A DNA stretch of 64,000 bases from Vicinamibacterales bacterium (GTDB lineage: Bacteria > Acidobacteriota > Vicinamibacteria > Vicinamibacterales > 2-12-FULL-66-21): positions 6,737 through 70,736 of the forward strand of contig DATJIW010000090.1 in the NCBI GenBank assembly GCA_035492775.1, written 5' to 3'. This document shows positions 47,910 to 56,792 of this stretch, one piece after another. Both the position numbers and the translations under genes were made by a program. The number at the start of each line of letters is the position of its first letter. Within the stretch, counting starts at the first letter, position 1. The notes beneath the pieces were generated by a model. The model worked only from the letters and a program-made list of their open reading frames with translations. It did no database searches and was not told where the DNA came from.

Positions 47910-48743
47910 CTATTCGTCCCGTTCGGCGAGAAGCTCGGTCTTCGCCGTGCGCTCGGCGTGCACCTGCTCCGGATCGTGCAGGGGTCGCGGCGCATCGGCG
48001 GGCCGCGCCCGCTTGTAAACGCGGATGGGCGCGAGATTGCCGCCCTGGAATACGCGGATCAATTTCAGCCGGATCATCTCGAGAATTGCGAGAAACGTCA
48101 CCACCAGTCCGGCTCTGGTCTGGATGTCGGCGAACAGATCCTCGAACCCGCAAGCCTCCGTTTCCGACAAGCGTGAGAGCAGCTGCTCGATGCGCTCCTC
48201 GATCGGGATCTGCTCGGTCGGCAGATACATCTTCGGCCTTGCCTTCGCGCGTTCGACCACGGCGCGGAATGCCGAGATGAGGCTGAACAGATCGACTTCG
48301 ACCTCCGGCTCCGGCGGTTCACCGGCGATCCGCGCGATCGGGCCGTCCGGGCGTGTCCACTGCGCGCTCCGGAGCGTCTCGCGTTCGTGCAGCAGTTCGG
48401 CGGCCGCCTTGAATTTCTGGTGTTCCAGCAGGCGCCGCACGAGCGCTTCGCGCGGATCCTCTTCCGGATCGTCCTGCGTCGGGTCGGGCCGCGGCAGCAG
48501 CATCCGCGACTTGATGTGAATCAGGGTCGCCGCCATCACCAGGAACTCGCCGGCGACATCCAGGTTCAATTCCTGCATCACGTCGATGTACTCCATGTAC
48601 TGCGACGTGATGAGGACGATGGGAATGTCGTAGATGCTGACCTCGTTCGTCTTGATGAGGTGCAGCAGCAGATCGAGCGGACCCTCGAAATTCTGCAGGC
48701 GGACCGGATACGCCTCGAGGATCGACTCAAATTCCTGTTCCAT
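47910..48743 (-). CDS. scpA: Segregation and condensation protein A
   Basis: FEGPLDLLLHLIKTNEVSIYDIPI ScpA N-terminal signature. Immediately upstream of scpB. Confidence 0.85.
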   Translation of the reverse strand: MEQEFESILEAYPVRLQNFEGPLDLLLHLIKTNEVSIYDIPIVLITSQYMEYIDVMQELNLDVAGEFLVMAATLIHIKSRMLLPRPDPTQDDPEEDPREALVRRLLEHQKFKAAAELLHERETLRSAQWTRPDGPIARIAGEPPEPEVEVDLFSLISAFRAVVERAKARPKMYLPTEQIPIEERIEQLLSRLSETEACGFEDLFADIQTRAGLVVTFLAILEMIRLKLIRVFQGGNLAPIRVYKRARPADAPRPLHDPEQVHAERTAKTELLAERDE

Positions 48744-48751
48744 GGTCAGAC

Positions 48752-49750
48752 CTACTCGTAGCGGAGGTTGACGGCCGACCGTGCACGTTCGATCGTCTCG
48801 CAGGCGATGCGGCGCGCCTTCCGCGATCCGTCGTGCAGCACGTCCTTGACGTAATCGGGGCGGGCCAGGAGGTCCGCGCGGCGGGCGCGGATCGGATCGA
48901 GGTGCGCGTTCAGCGCCTTCGCGAGTTTCATTTTCACTTCGACGTCGCCGACACGTCCCTCACGATAACGGGTCTTGAGGTCGTCGACTTCAGCGGTATC
49001 CGGATTGAAAGTGTCGTGATAGGTGAAGACAGGATTGCCCTCCACCGTGCCCGGTATATCCGCCCGGATGCGTTTGGGATCCGTATACATCGACCGCACC
49101 CGTCTGGTCACCATCTCGGCGTCGTCGGAGAGCAGGATCGTGTTGCCGAGGCTCTTGCTCATCTTCCGATCGCCATCGAGGCCTGGCAGCCGCGACATCT
49201 TCGTGAGCAGCGGCTGAGGCTCGACGAGCGTGTCGGCCTTGAAGAAGTTGTTGAACCGGCGCACCGCCTCGCGGGCCAGTTCGAGATGCGCCACCTGGTC
49301 CTCGCCGACAGGGACGAAGCGCGCGTCGTACATGGCGACGTCCGCTGTCTGGAGCAGCGGATATCCGAGAAAGCCGAACGTCGAGAGATCCTTTTCCTTC
49401 AGGTTCTCCTGCTGTTCCTTGTACGTCGGGACTCGTTCGAGCCACGGCACGGGCACGACCATCGACAGCAGCACGAACAGCTCGGCGTGTTCCGGAACGA
49501 GCGACTGAACGAAGAACGTGCTCTTCTCCGGATCCAGTCCGGCGGCGATCCAATCGACCACCATGTCGTACGCGTAATCGACGAGCGGACCCGTGTTCTC
49601 GTACTCGCTCGTCAGCGCGTGCCAGTCGGCAACGAAGTAAAAGCAGTCGTACTTGTCCTGGAGAGCAACCCAGTTGCTCAGCGCGCCGACGAGATGTCCC
49701 AGGTGGAGCTTGCCGGTCGGGCGCATACCGGAGACAACGCGCGGCTTCAC
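48752..49750 (-). CDS. trpS: Tryptophan--tRNA ligase
   Basis: GTG 49750 (GTGA overlap with the upstream stop) gives KPRVVSGMRPTGKLHLGHLVG (HIGH-type). KMSKSLGN. Confidence 0.9.
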   Translation of the reverse strand: MKPRVVSGMRPTGKLHLGHLVGALSNWVALQDKYDCFYFVADWHALTSEYENTGPLVDYAYDMVVDWIAAGLDPEKSTFFVQSLVPEHAELFVLLSMVVPVPWLERVPTYKEQQENLKEKDLSTFGFLGYPLLQTADVAMYDARFVPVGEDQVAHLELAREAVRRFNNFFKADTLVEPQPLLTKMSRLPGLDGDRKMSKSLGNTILLSDDAEMVTRRVRSMYTDPKRIRADIPGTVEGNPVFTYHDTFNPDTAEVDDLKTRYREGRVGDVEVKMKLAKALNAHLDPIRARRADLLARPDYVKDVLHDGSRKARRIACETIERARSAVNLRYE

Positions 49751-50376
49751 GGAAGGAGGATCCTCATAAACAGATTCGTCGGCGGCATGATCATCGCCGA
49801 GGCGATCCCGCTCAGGAGCAGCGCATAGAGCACCACGAACCCGTACTGGCGAAGCTGCGCGAAGGCGGCGGCTGCGCGCGGCGGGAGCAGACCCAGCAGC
49901 ACGTTGCCGCCGTCGAGGGGCGGCACGGGGATCAGGTTGAAGAACGCCAGCAGGAGATTGATTTCCACGGCCGTCAGCAGCGCATTGAGCAGCAGGCCGC
50001 CGACGTCGCCATGGGCCAGCGCGACCATGACGCGAAGCACGATGGCGGCGGCCAGCGCCTGCAGGAGGTTGCTCACGGGACCCGCCGCCGCGACCAGCAT
50101 GAAATCGCGGCGCGGATGTCTCAGGTTGCGCGAGTTCACCGGCACCGGCTTGGCCCACCCGATGATTGGAATGTGACTGAGTGCCGCGACGAGCGGCAGG
50201 ATGATCGTGCCGATCAAATCGATATGCGCGAGCGGATTCAGGGACACGCGCCCCAGCAGGCGAGCAGTGGGATCGCCGAGTGCATCCGCCGTCCACGCGT
50301 GGGCGGCTTCATGAATCGTCAGCGACAGCAGGAGCACGCCGAAGCCGATGGCCACGGCAAGAAAATCGATAGTCAA
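49747..50376 (-). CDS. Site-2 protease family (peptidase M50) membrane protein
   Basis: HEAAHA zinc motif in TM1, polytopic, and PLDGG motif in the C-terminal half. Confidence 0.8.
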   Translation of the reverse strand: MTIDFLAVAIGFGVLLLSLTIHEAAHAWTADALGDPTARLLGRVSLNPLAHIDLIGTIILPLVAALSHIPIIGWAKPVPVNSRNLRHPRRDFMLVAAAGPVSNLLQALAAAIVLRVMVALAHGDVGGLLLNALLTAVEINLLLAFFNLIPVPPLDGGNVLLGLLPPRAAAAFAQLRQYGFVVLYALLLSGIASAMIMPPTNLFMRILLP

Positions 50377-50420
50377 GGGGCGAACAGGACGGTTAAGGAT
50401 ACGCGGAAACTACTGATTGT

Positions 50421-52256
50421 TCAAGAATTTGCGAAATGCGCAAGGACGGCGTCCGCGCATTTCGCGCCGACGACCGCCGTGAGTTCCTCGCGGTTCGCGC
50501 GCCGGACGCCGGCCAGGCTCCCGAACGCGCGCAGCAGCGCGTTGCGGCGGCGGGGGCCGATGCCCCCAATCCGATCCAGGTCCGATCGCAGATCGCGCTT
50601 TGCGCGCGACGCGCGGTGGAACGTGACCGCAAACCGGTGCGCCTCGTCCCGTATCCGGCGAATCAACAACAGCGCAGGGCCGTCCTCCGCGAGCGCGATG
50701 GGCTCGTCACGTTCGCGGGTGAACAGCAGCTCTTCTTTCTTCGCGATGCCGACCGCCATCAGACGCGAGAGCCCGAGCTCCTCCAGCGCGGCGTAAGCCG
50801 CCCCGAGCTGCCCTTTTCCGCCGTCGATGAGAATCAGGTCGGGAAACGGCCCGCCGGTCTCCATGACTTTCCGATACCGCCGCAGCACGACCTCCCGCAT
50901 GGAGGCGAAGTCGTCGTGGAAGGCGGATGCCGGGTCGGATTTCTGTCCTCGAATCCGAAACTTCCGATACTCGCTCCGCTTCATGCGGCCGTCCTCGCAG
51001 ACCACCATCGAAGCGACGGTTTCGCTGCCCTGAATCGTCGAAATGTCGAAGCACTCGATCCGGCGCGGGATCGCGGGCAGGGACAGCACCACGCGCAGCG
51101 TTTCCAGCGCGTCGTAATGCGCCGCGACGTTCTCGTTGAACCGCGTCTGGTAGGCGACGTTCGCGTTGCGTGCCGCGAGTTCCAGCAGGCCACGCTTTTC
51201 GCCGCGGCGGGGCACCAGCAGCCGCACACGGTGCGCGGATCGATCCGTCAGCCAGGCCTCCAGCATCTCGGTGTCCTGAGCACTCAGCTGGATCGGCAGG
51301 TGGATCTCGGGCGGCGCCTCGCGGTCGTCGTAGAACTGCTCGATCGCAGCTTGCAGGACATCCTGCTCGGACGACATCGCATCGCCCGACGGCGCGTCCG
51401 TGACCAGCTCGGAACGCTCGAGGACCTTTCCGCCACGGACCTGAAACACCTGGACGACGGCGCCGGCAGGCCCCACTTTGAGACCGAAGGCATCTCGGTC
51501 GCCCAGCTCGGTCCCGGTCATCTTCTGCTGCCGATGACGCAGCGTCTCGATCACTCTGATCGCGTCGCGCAGCTGCGCCGCCCGCTCGAAGCGCTCCTCG
51601 CCGGATGCCTCCGTCATGTCGCGCGTCAGGCGTTCCACGAGTTCGTCGTTGCGGCCTTCGAGAAACAGTCGTGTGTGCTGGACGGCCACGGCATACTCCT
51701 CGGCTGCGCAGATTTCGCGCACGCACGGCGCGATGCATCGCTTGATGTCGTATTCGAGGCACGGCCGCCCGCGTTCACCCGTGATGATCTCGTTGCACGA
51801 GCGAATGCCGAACAGGCGGTGCGTCAACTCCATCGTCCGGCGGCCAAGCTTGGCGGGCATGAACGGACCCGCGTAGTAATGGTCGTCTTTTTCGACCCGC
51901 CGTGCGACGAGCACGCGGGGAAATGATTCTCCGGTCGTGAGCTGCAGGTAGGGATAGTTCTTGTCGTCGCGGAGGAGGATGTTGTACTTTGGCGCCCGCT
52001 GCTTGATCAGGTGGTTTTCGAGGGCGAGCGCCTCGACGACGGAGTCGGTGACGATCGTCTCGAGGCGGGCCGCTTCACGCAGCAGCGCGTCGTGACGCGG
52101 ACTCATCCCCTGCGCCCCGAGATAGCTCCGCACGCGATCGCGCAGCACCCGCGCCTTCCCGACGTACAGAGTCTCCCCCGAGTCGTTGTAATAGAGATAG
52201 ACCCCGGGCTGCTCCGGCAGGCGGGCGATCTGGGCCTTGAGGTCCTGGATCGGCAT
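50421..52256 (-). CDS. uvrC: Excinuclease ABC subunit C
   Basis: GIY-YIG N-terminus (PGVYLYYNDSGETLYVGKA), UvrBC domain, and C-terminal RNase H-like + (HhH)2 region. Confidence 0.9.
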   Translation of the reverse strand: MPIQDLKAQIARLPEQPGVYLYYNDSGETLYVGKARVLRDRVRSYLGAQGMSPRHDALLREAARLETIVTDSVVEALALENHLIKQRAPKYNILLRDDKNYPYLQLTTGESFPRVLVARRVEKDDHYYAGPFMPAKLGRRTMELTHRLFGIRSCNEIITGERGRPCLEYDIKRCIAPCVREICAAEEYAVAVQHTRLFLEGRNDELVERLTRDMTEASGEERFERAAQLRDAIRVIETLRHRQQKMTGTELGDRDAFGLKVGPAGAVVQVFQVRGGKVLERSELVTDAPSGDAMSSEQDVLQAAIEQFYDDREAPPEIHLPIQLSAQDTEMLEAWLTDRSAHRVRLLVPRRGEKRGLLELAARNANVAYQTRFNENVAAHYDALETLRVVLSLPAIPRRIECFDISTIQGSETVASMVVCEDGRMKRSEYRKFRIRGQKSDPASAFHDDFASMREVVLRRYRKVMETGGPFPDLILIDGGKGQLGAAYAALEELGLSRLMAVGIAKKEELLFTRERDEPIALAEDGPALLLIRRIRDEAHRFAVTFHRASRAKRDLRSDLDRIGGIGPRRRNALLRAFGSLAGVRRANREELTAVVGAKCADAVLAHFANS

Positions 52257-52297
52257 AGACTACACTGTGACGTTTTCGTCGAACGTCTGAACCCTTC

Positions 52298-52306
52298 ATT
52301 ATACCA
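52298..52306 (-). promoter_or_regulatory. Extended -10 promoter element TGGTATAAT upstream of uvrC
   Basis: Minus strand reads gcTGgTATAATgaagg..., about 40 nt upstream of the uvrC ATG (52256). Confidence 0.45.
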
Positions 52307-52311
52307 GCGGC

Positions 52312-52914
52312 ATGACCTTCACCGGGCTCATCGGGCGGATCTGCATGTTTCCGCTGCGCGCGATCATCAATGCGTGCGTCGCGCTCCGGATCCACCCGAA
52401 CATTCTTACCTTCGTCGGCGTGCTCATCAACGTGGCGGCGGCCGCCGAACTCGCGTCGGGCCATTTCGTGGTCGCGGGGATCATCATGGTGGTCGCCAAC
52501 ATCTTCGACTTCATCGACGGCAAGGTCGCAGTCGAGCTCTCCGCCGTCAGCAAGTTCGGGGGGTTCTGGGATTCGGTCATCGACCGCTTCTCGGACATCG
52601 CGCTCTTCATCGGCCTCATTTATTTGTACTCGCACATGGGCCGTACCGATTACGTGATGGTCGCGTCGCTCGCGATGATGTTCGCGATCATGACCAGTTA
52701 TACCCGCGCACGCGCGGAGTCGCTCATCGCAAAGTGCAAGGTCGGTTTCATGGAGCGCCCCGAGCGGATCGTGCTCTTCATGATCGGCGCGTTCACGAAC
52801 CGGATGGCGGGCGTGCTGTGGGTGATTCTGGTGCTGTCGATTTTCACCGTCGCCGACCGCGTGATCCACACCTACCGCGAGCTGCGGCACGACAGCCGCG
52901 AGGCGCTCGCATGA
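52312..52914 (+). CDS. CDP-alcohol phosphatidyltransferase family protein
   Basis: DFIDGKVAVELSAVSKFGGFWDSVIDRFSD fits the D-x2-DG-x..G-x3-D-x3-D signature. Polytopic membrane protein. Confidence 0.8.
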   Translation: MTFTGLIGRICMFPLRAIINACVALRIHPNILTFVGVLINVAAAAELASGHFVVAGIIMVVANIFDFIDGKVAVELSAVSKFGGFWDSVIDRFSDIALFIGLIYLYSHMGRTDYVMVASLAMMFAIMTSYTRARAESLIAKCKVGFMERPERIVLFMIGAFTNRMAGVLWVILVLSIFTVADRVIHTYRELRHDSREALA

Positions 52915-53108
52915 AGAACCCGGCCGCTCTGCCCGCCCGGATTCTGTGGAACGCATTCTTCTGGACCTACGAGCGCGCGAGCTGGCAGTACGACGTGATG
53001 GTCATCGCCATCCTGGCGTTCGTCTGGCTCGTACCGCCGGACTGGCTCAAGGATCCGACGGCGCACGGCACCGGGCCCATTGGCTGGATCCTGGAGCGGA
53101 TGCGATGA
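52911..53108 (+). CDS. Small hypothetical membrane protein (65 aa)
   Basis: ATG 52911 overlaps the upstream stop (ATGA). One TM helix (YDVMVIAILAFVWLV). Reading frame taken from the tail of listed ORF 52011..53108. Confidence 0.4.
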   Translation: MKNPAALPARILWNAFFWTYERASWQYDVMVIAILAFVWLVPPDWLKDPTAHGTGPIGWILERMR

Positions 53109-53111
53109 CGC

Positions 53112-53678
53112 TCACACATCGTCGCGTTCGTCGTGCGCTCCGAGGTCGAGCGTCTTGCCGGTGAAATGAATGTCGTGCGCGGCGATCTTGTCGCGCAACA
53201 CGCGTCGGGCCTCGCCATAGAGGCGATGTGGAACGGTCAGCCGGCGCGCGAAATTCTTCCAGCGATACATCAACACGAGCGTGACGGGCGGTCCCTCGCG
53301 CCACGTCAGGCCCCCGATGCGTGAATACGGCAGGAACCCACCGTCCGTCCACACGCCGTCCTCGTAGAATCCGCGCCTGATCTCCAGGCTCATCGGCATC
53401 GCATACACGTAATACACGAGCATCATCGTTTCGCCGAATACCTGCGTGGGATAGACACGCAGCACGGCAAGCTTGTAGACGATGAGGATGCCGAGCAGGG
53501 CTCCGACGCCGAGGAACAGCCGGTAGAACGGAGGACGCACGGCGGGCCATGTCAGCAGCGACGTGCGACGGAGGCGCCGATAGCGGATGACCTGCGCGAA
53601 GAGGCGGACGTTCAGGACGAGAAACCCGGCACCGAGGAAGATCAGCAGCCGCGGCAGCAGCCTGTCATCGATGACCAC
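53112..53678 (-). CDS. Hypothetical membrane protein (three N-terminal TM helices plus soluble C-terminal domain)
   Basis: 188-aa ORF with hydrophobic segments LLIFLGAGFLVLNV, FYRLFLGVGALLGILIVY and MMLVYYVYAMPM. No family recognised. Confidence 0.55.
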   Translation of the reverse strand: MVIDDRLLPRLLIFLGAGFLVLNVRLFAQVIRYRRLRRTSLLTWPAVRPPFYRLFLGVGALLGILIVYKLAVLRVYPTQVFGETMMLVYYVYAMPMSLEIRRGFYEDGVWTDGGFLPYSRIGGLTWREGPPVTLVLMYRWKNFARRLTVPHRLYGEARRVLRDKIAAHDIHFTGKTLDLGAHDERDDV

Positions 53679-53698
53679 GGGCGCCTGTCGAGAACCGG

Positions 53699-53799
53699 AA
53701 GTTGGACCTGGATTGGGAGTTTGGGAGTTGGGATCGGGGGTTAGACCTGAACTGCGCGTTGGACCTGAATTGGGAGTTGGGAATTGGGAGTTGGGAGTT
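53699..53799. repeat. TTGGGAG-word array with internal 21-nt duplication; last 28 nt are the exact inverse of 54404-54431
   Basis: gttggacctg(g/a)attgggagtt occurs at 53701 and 53758. 53772-53799 is GGGAGTTGGGAATTGGGAGTTGGGAGTT. Confidence 0.95.
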
Positions 53800-53814
53800 A
53801 ATCACCACGATACC

Positions 53815-54384
53815 CTACTGCCCGAGCCGTGGATCGAAGCAATGCCGGCATCTCGCTTCGTAAGTGCCCTGCGCCCCGACGAGCACCCGCTCGCTGCTCG
53901 CGACGAGCCGCTGCGTGTGGTTGGCGGGCGCACCGCAGACCATGCAGATCGCCAGCGTCTTCGAGATGTATTCAGCGATCGCGAGCAGCTGCGGCATCGG
54001 CTCGAACGGCTTGCCCAGATAGTCCTGATCGAGCCCGGCGACGATGACGCGTTTGCCCTGATCGGCGAGCGTCGTGCACACGGCGGGCAGCTCGACATCG
54101 AAGAACTGCCCCTCGTCGATCCCGACGACGTCGGTCTCCGGGCGCACTTTCTCCAGCAGCTCGCGCGAGCTCGACACGTTCTCGGCTTCGATCCGCATGG
54201 CGCTGTGCGAGGTGACGTGGTCCTCGCCGTAACGGTCGTCGATCCGCGGCTTGAAGATCTGGACTCGCTGGCGGGCAATCTGGGCGCGGCGGAGACGGCG
54301 GATCAACTCCTCACTCTTGCCGCTGAACATGCTGCCGGCGATGACTTCAATCCAGCCGCCGGTGGGCCTGTGGGTGATCTCCAT
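53815..54384 (-). CDS. tdk: Thymidine kinase
   Basis: ATG 54384 gives [30 protein letters not shown] (P-loop). C-terminal zinc motif CMVCG...CRHC. Upstream listed codons are repeat-encoded. Confidence 0.9.
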   Translation of the reverse strand: MEITHRPTGGWIEVIAGSMFSGKSEELIRRLRRAQIARQRVQIFKPRIDDRYGEDHVTSHSAMRIEAENVSSSRELLEKVRPETDVVGIDEGQFFDVELPAVCTTLADQGKRVIVAGLDQDYLGKPFEPMPQLLAIAEYISKTLAICMVCGAPANHTQRLVASSERVLVGAQGTYEARCRHCFDPRLGQ

Positions 54385-54400
54385 ATGTGGACGGGCAATG

Positions 54401-54497
54401 CTCAACTCCCAACTCCCAATTCCCAACTCCCGATTGTTCAGGGCCGACGCCGAATTCGAGGTCGAATTGGGAATTGGGAGTTGGGAATTGGGAGTTG
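54401..54497. repeat. Inverted word arrays (CTCCCAA arm, 44-nt spacer, TTGGGAG arm) able to form a 22-bp perfect stem
   Basis: 54410-54431 (caactcccaattcccaactccc) is the exact reverse complement of 54476-54497 (gggagttgggaattgggagttg). Confidence 0.95.
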
Positions 54498-54516
54498 AAA
54501 AAATGCCCGCAAAGAT

Positions 54517-55080
54517 TCAAATCTTCCGAAGATACTCTCCCGTTTCGGTATTCACGCGCACCGCGTCGCCGATGTTGATGAACGGCGGCACTTGCACGAC
54601 GAGACCGGTCTCGAGCGTGGCTGGCTTGACCTGGGCGCTCGCCGTCGCACCCTTGATGCCGGGTACCGTCTCGACGACTTTCAGATCGACGGCCTGCGGC
54701 AGTTCGATGCCGACCGGCTCGGCGCCGTAGAACTCGACGGTGATGGTCGCGTCGGGCACGAGGTAGTTCGCGGCGTCGCCGAGCACTTCCGCGTCGATGT
54801 GCAGCTGCTCGTACGTCGACGTGTCCATGAAGTGATACGAGTCGCCGTCCTTGTACAGGTACTGCATCTCGCGCTCGTCGAGGACGGCGCGTTCGAGAGA
54901 GTCTTCCGACCGCAGCTTCTGGTCCGAGAGCGAGCCGTTCCGGATGTTCCGGAACTTGGCACGCACGAATCCACGCAGGTTGCCGGGGGTGACGTGCTGC
55001 AGGTCGAGAACCCGGTAGAGGTCGTTCTCGAGCTTGACGAGCATGCCCTTCTTCAGTCGTGTCGCTTGAATCGAAGCCAT
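54517..55080 (-). CDS. efp: Elongation factor P
   Basis: MASIQATRLKKGMLVKLENDLYRVLDLQHVTPGNLRGFVRAKFRNI is the EF-P N-terminal KOW-like domain. 187 aa. Confidence 0.9.
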   Translation of the reverse strand: MASIQATRLKKGMLVKLENDLYRVLDLQHVTPGNLRGFVRAKFRNIRNGSLSDQKLRSEDSLERAVLDEREMQYLYKDGDSYHFMDTSTYEQLHIDAEVLGDAANYLVPDATITVEFYGAEPVGIELPQAVDLKVVETVPGIKGATASAQVKPATLETGLVVQVPPFINIGDAVRVNTETGEYLRKI

Positions 55081-55168
55081 GATCCCTGCCGCGCACCGGT
55101 CGTGCGCCCAAACCTCACGATGTTAGCATGCCTCGCCCGGCCGCGGCTCGTAGTGCTACGATCGACGC

Positions 55169-55561
55169 ATGCCGTGCGACCCCTTGCGGGACCTGCGGGC
55201 GTGGCAGGACCGGATGGAGCGGCTCGCGGCCCAGCACGGGTCGGCCGCGTGGGCCCCTCCCACAGACGTTTACGAAACCCACGACCGCTACGTCGTGACG
55301 GTCGAACTTCCCGGGCTCAAACGCGAAGAGGTCGATCTGTCGGTCGAGAACGGCCGTCTGACCCTGCGGGGCGCGCGGCACGAGGCCGTTGATTCGCGCC
55401 GGTATCATCAGGTCGAGCGCGGCCACGGACAGTTCCACCGTACGTTCGAGTTCGGTGACACGATTTCGGCCGACACCGTCAACGCGGATCTGCGCGATGG
55501 CGTGCTCACGATTACGCTGCCGAAGATCGCGCCCGCCGTCCGCAGGATCGAAGTCAAGTAA
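55169..55561 (+). CDS. Hsp20/alpha-crystallin family small heat-shock protein
   Basis: WAPPTDVYETHDRYVVTVELPGLKREEVDLSVENGRLTLRG...GVLTITLPK alpha-crystallin domain. Confidence 0.85.
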   Translation: MPCDPLRDLRAWQDRMERLAAQHGSAAWAPPTDVYETHDRYVVTVELPGLKREEVDLSVENGRLTLRGARHEAVDSRRYHQVERGHGQFHRTFEFGDTISADTVNADLRDGVLTITLPKIAPAVRRIEVK

Positions 55562-55574
55562 CGGGGATTCCGAC

Positions 55575-56753
55575 ATGATTCGACGTGCGCTGCTGGCATG
55601 CGTCTTCATCGCGTCCGGCTTCTTTGCCGGCATGGTCCTCACCGGCAAGATGCGCAGCGCGGATGAATCGATCGCCGCGCCAGCTCCCGTCCCCGCAACA
55701 GCCGTGCAGCCGTCGAGCGCGGCCGCGGGCACGATTGGCGGGCTCCCCGACCTGTCGGGGGTCGCCGCCAGGGCAATACCCAGCGTCATGAACATCTCGT
55801 CGCTGCGCGTCGAGCGGCAGTCCGCCTCGCCGTTCGCGGGCGATCCGCTCTTCCGGTACTTCTTCGGCGATCCGGACGAAATCCCCGGCTACAGCAACCG
55901 TATCAGCCAGAGCCTCGGGTCCGGCGTGATCGTGTCGAGCGACGGCTACGTCCTGACGAACAATCACGTCGTTGGCGACGCGAGCGCGCAGGTGTCGATC
56001 GTCCTTCCCGACAAGCGCGAGCTGAAGGCCAAGGTCGTCGGCGTCGATCCGATGACGGACATCGCGCTGTTGAAGATCGACGCGCGCGGGCTGCCCGTGC
56101 TGGCATGGGGAGACTCTTCGAGGCTGAAAGTCGCGGAGTGGGTACTCGCCATCGGCAATCCTTTCCAGCTCAATCAGACGGTCACGCTCGGGATCGTCAG
56201 CGCAACCGGACGGACGCTCGAGGGGCGCCTCGCGACGTACGAAGACTTCATCCAGACTGACGCGGCGATCAATCCCGGCAACTCGGGTGGTGCGCTCGTG
56301 AACGCGCGCGGGGAACTGGTCGGGATCAATACGGCCATCTTCAGCGAGACCGGCGGGTATCAGGGAATCGGGTTCGCCGTGCCGAGCAATCTCGCGAAGC
56401 ACGTGATGGACGACCTCATTCGCTTCGGCGAAGTCCAGCGCGGGTCGATTCCGGGCATCCAGCTGATGGCGCTCACCACACAGGATGCCGAGTATCTCGG
56501 CGCCCCGAACACACGCGGCGCGCTCGTCGCGCAGATGGCCCGCCGCTCCGATGCCTGGGACGCCGGCCTCCGCCCCGGCGACATCGTCGTTTCCTTCAAT
56601 GGCCACCAGATCGACGACGTCTCGCAGCTCCAGCGCATGATCGCGGATGCCAAGGTCGGCACGACCGCGCGCGTCGAAGTGCTTCGACAGAGCCGCCACA
56701 TGATGGTGGATGTGCCCATCACTCGGCCGACGCCCCAGCGCCGCAACCGGTAG
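55575..56753 (+). CDS. Do/HtrA family serine endopeptidase with one PDZ domain
   Basis: ATG 55575 gives an MIRRALLACVFIASGFFAGMVL anchor. Triad contexts TNNHVV, DIALLKI and GNSGGALVN. C-terminal PDZ. Confidence 0.85.
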   Translation: MIRRALLACVFIASGFFAGMVLTGKMRSADESIAAPAPVPATAVQPSSAAAGTIGGLPDLSGVAARAIPSVMNISSLRVERQSASPFAGDPLFRYFFGDPDEIPGYSNRISQSLGSGVIVSSDGYVLTNNHVVGDASAQVSIVLPDKRELKAKVVGVDPMTDIALLKIDARGLPVLAWGDSSRLKVAEWVLAIGNPFQLNQTVTLGIVSATGRTLEGRLATYEDFIQTDAAINPGNSGGALVNARGELVGINTAIFSETGGYQGIGFAVPSNLAKHVMDDLIRFGEVQRGSIPGIQLMALTTQDAEYLGAPNTRGALVAQMARRSDAWDAGLRPGDIVVSFNGHQIDDVSQLQRMIADAKVGTTARVEVLRQSRHMMVDVPITRPTPQRRNR

Positions 56754-56792
56754 CCGTCAACCGCGAATCCTGCCCCGTCCCATTCGAGGCAG

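Noticed and set aside
52281-52292. Possible LexA box upstream of uvrC (GAAC-N4-GAAC, i.e. GTTC-N4-GTTC on the uvrC strand)
   Set aside because: The direct-repeat LexA box described for Alphaproteobacteria and Acidobacterium has 7-nt spacing (GTTC-N7-GTTC). The spacing here is 4. No comparable motif was found upstream of uvrA (61701-61862).
54401-54503. Interpreting the efp-tdk hairpin as a classical Rho-independent terminator
   Set aside because: In the direction of efp transcription the U-run precedes the stem instead of following it. On the plus strand the stem is followed by A6, not T. It is kept as a structured element of unknown function.
55123-55158. CIRCE-like half-sites TTAGCA ... 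TGCTA upstream of hsp20
   Set aside because: The spacing between half-sites is 25 nt instead of the 15 nt implied by TTAGCACTC-N9-GAGTGCTAA, and the flanking bases do not match. No hrcA gene is nearby.
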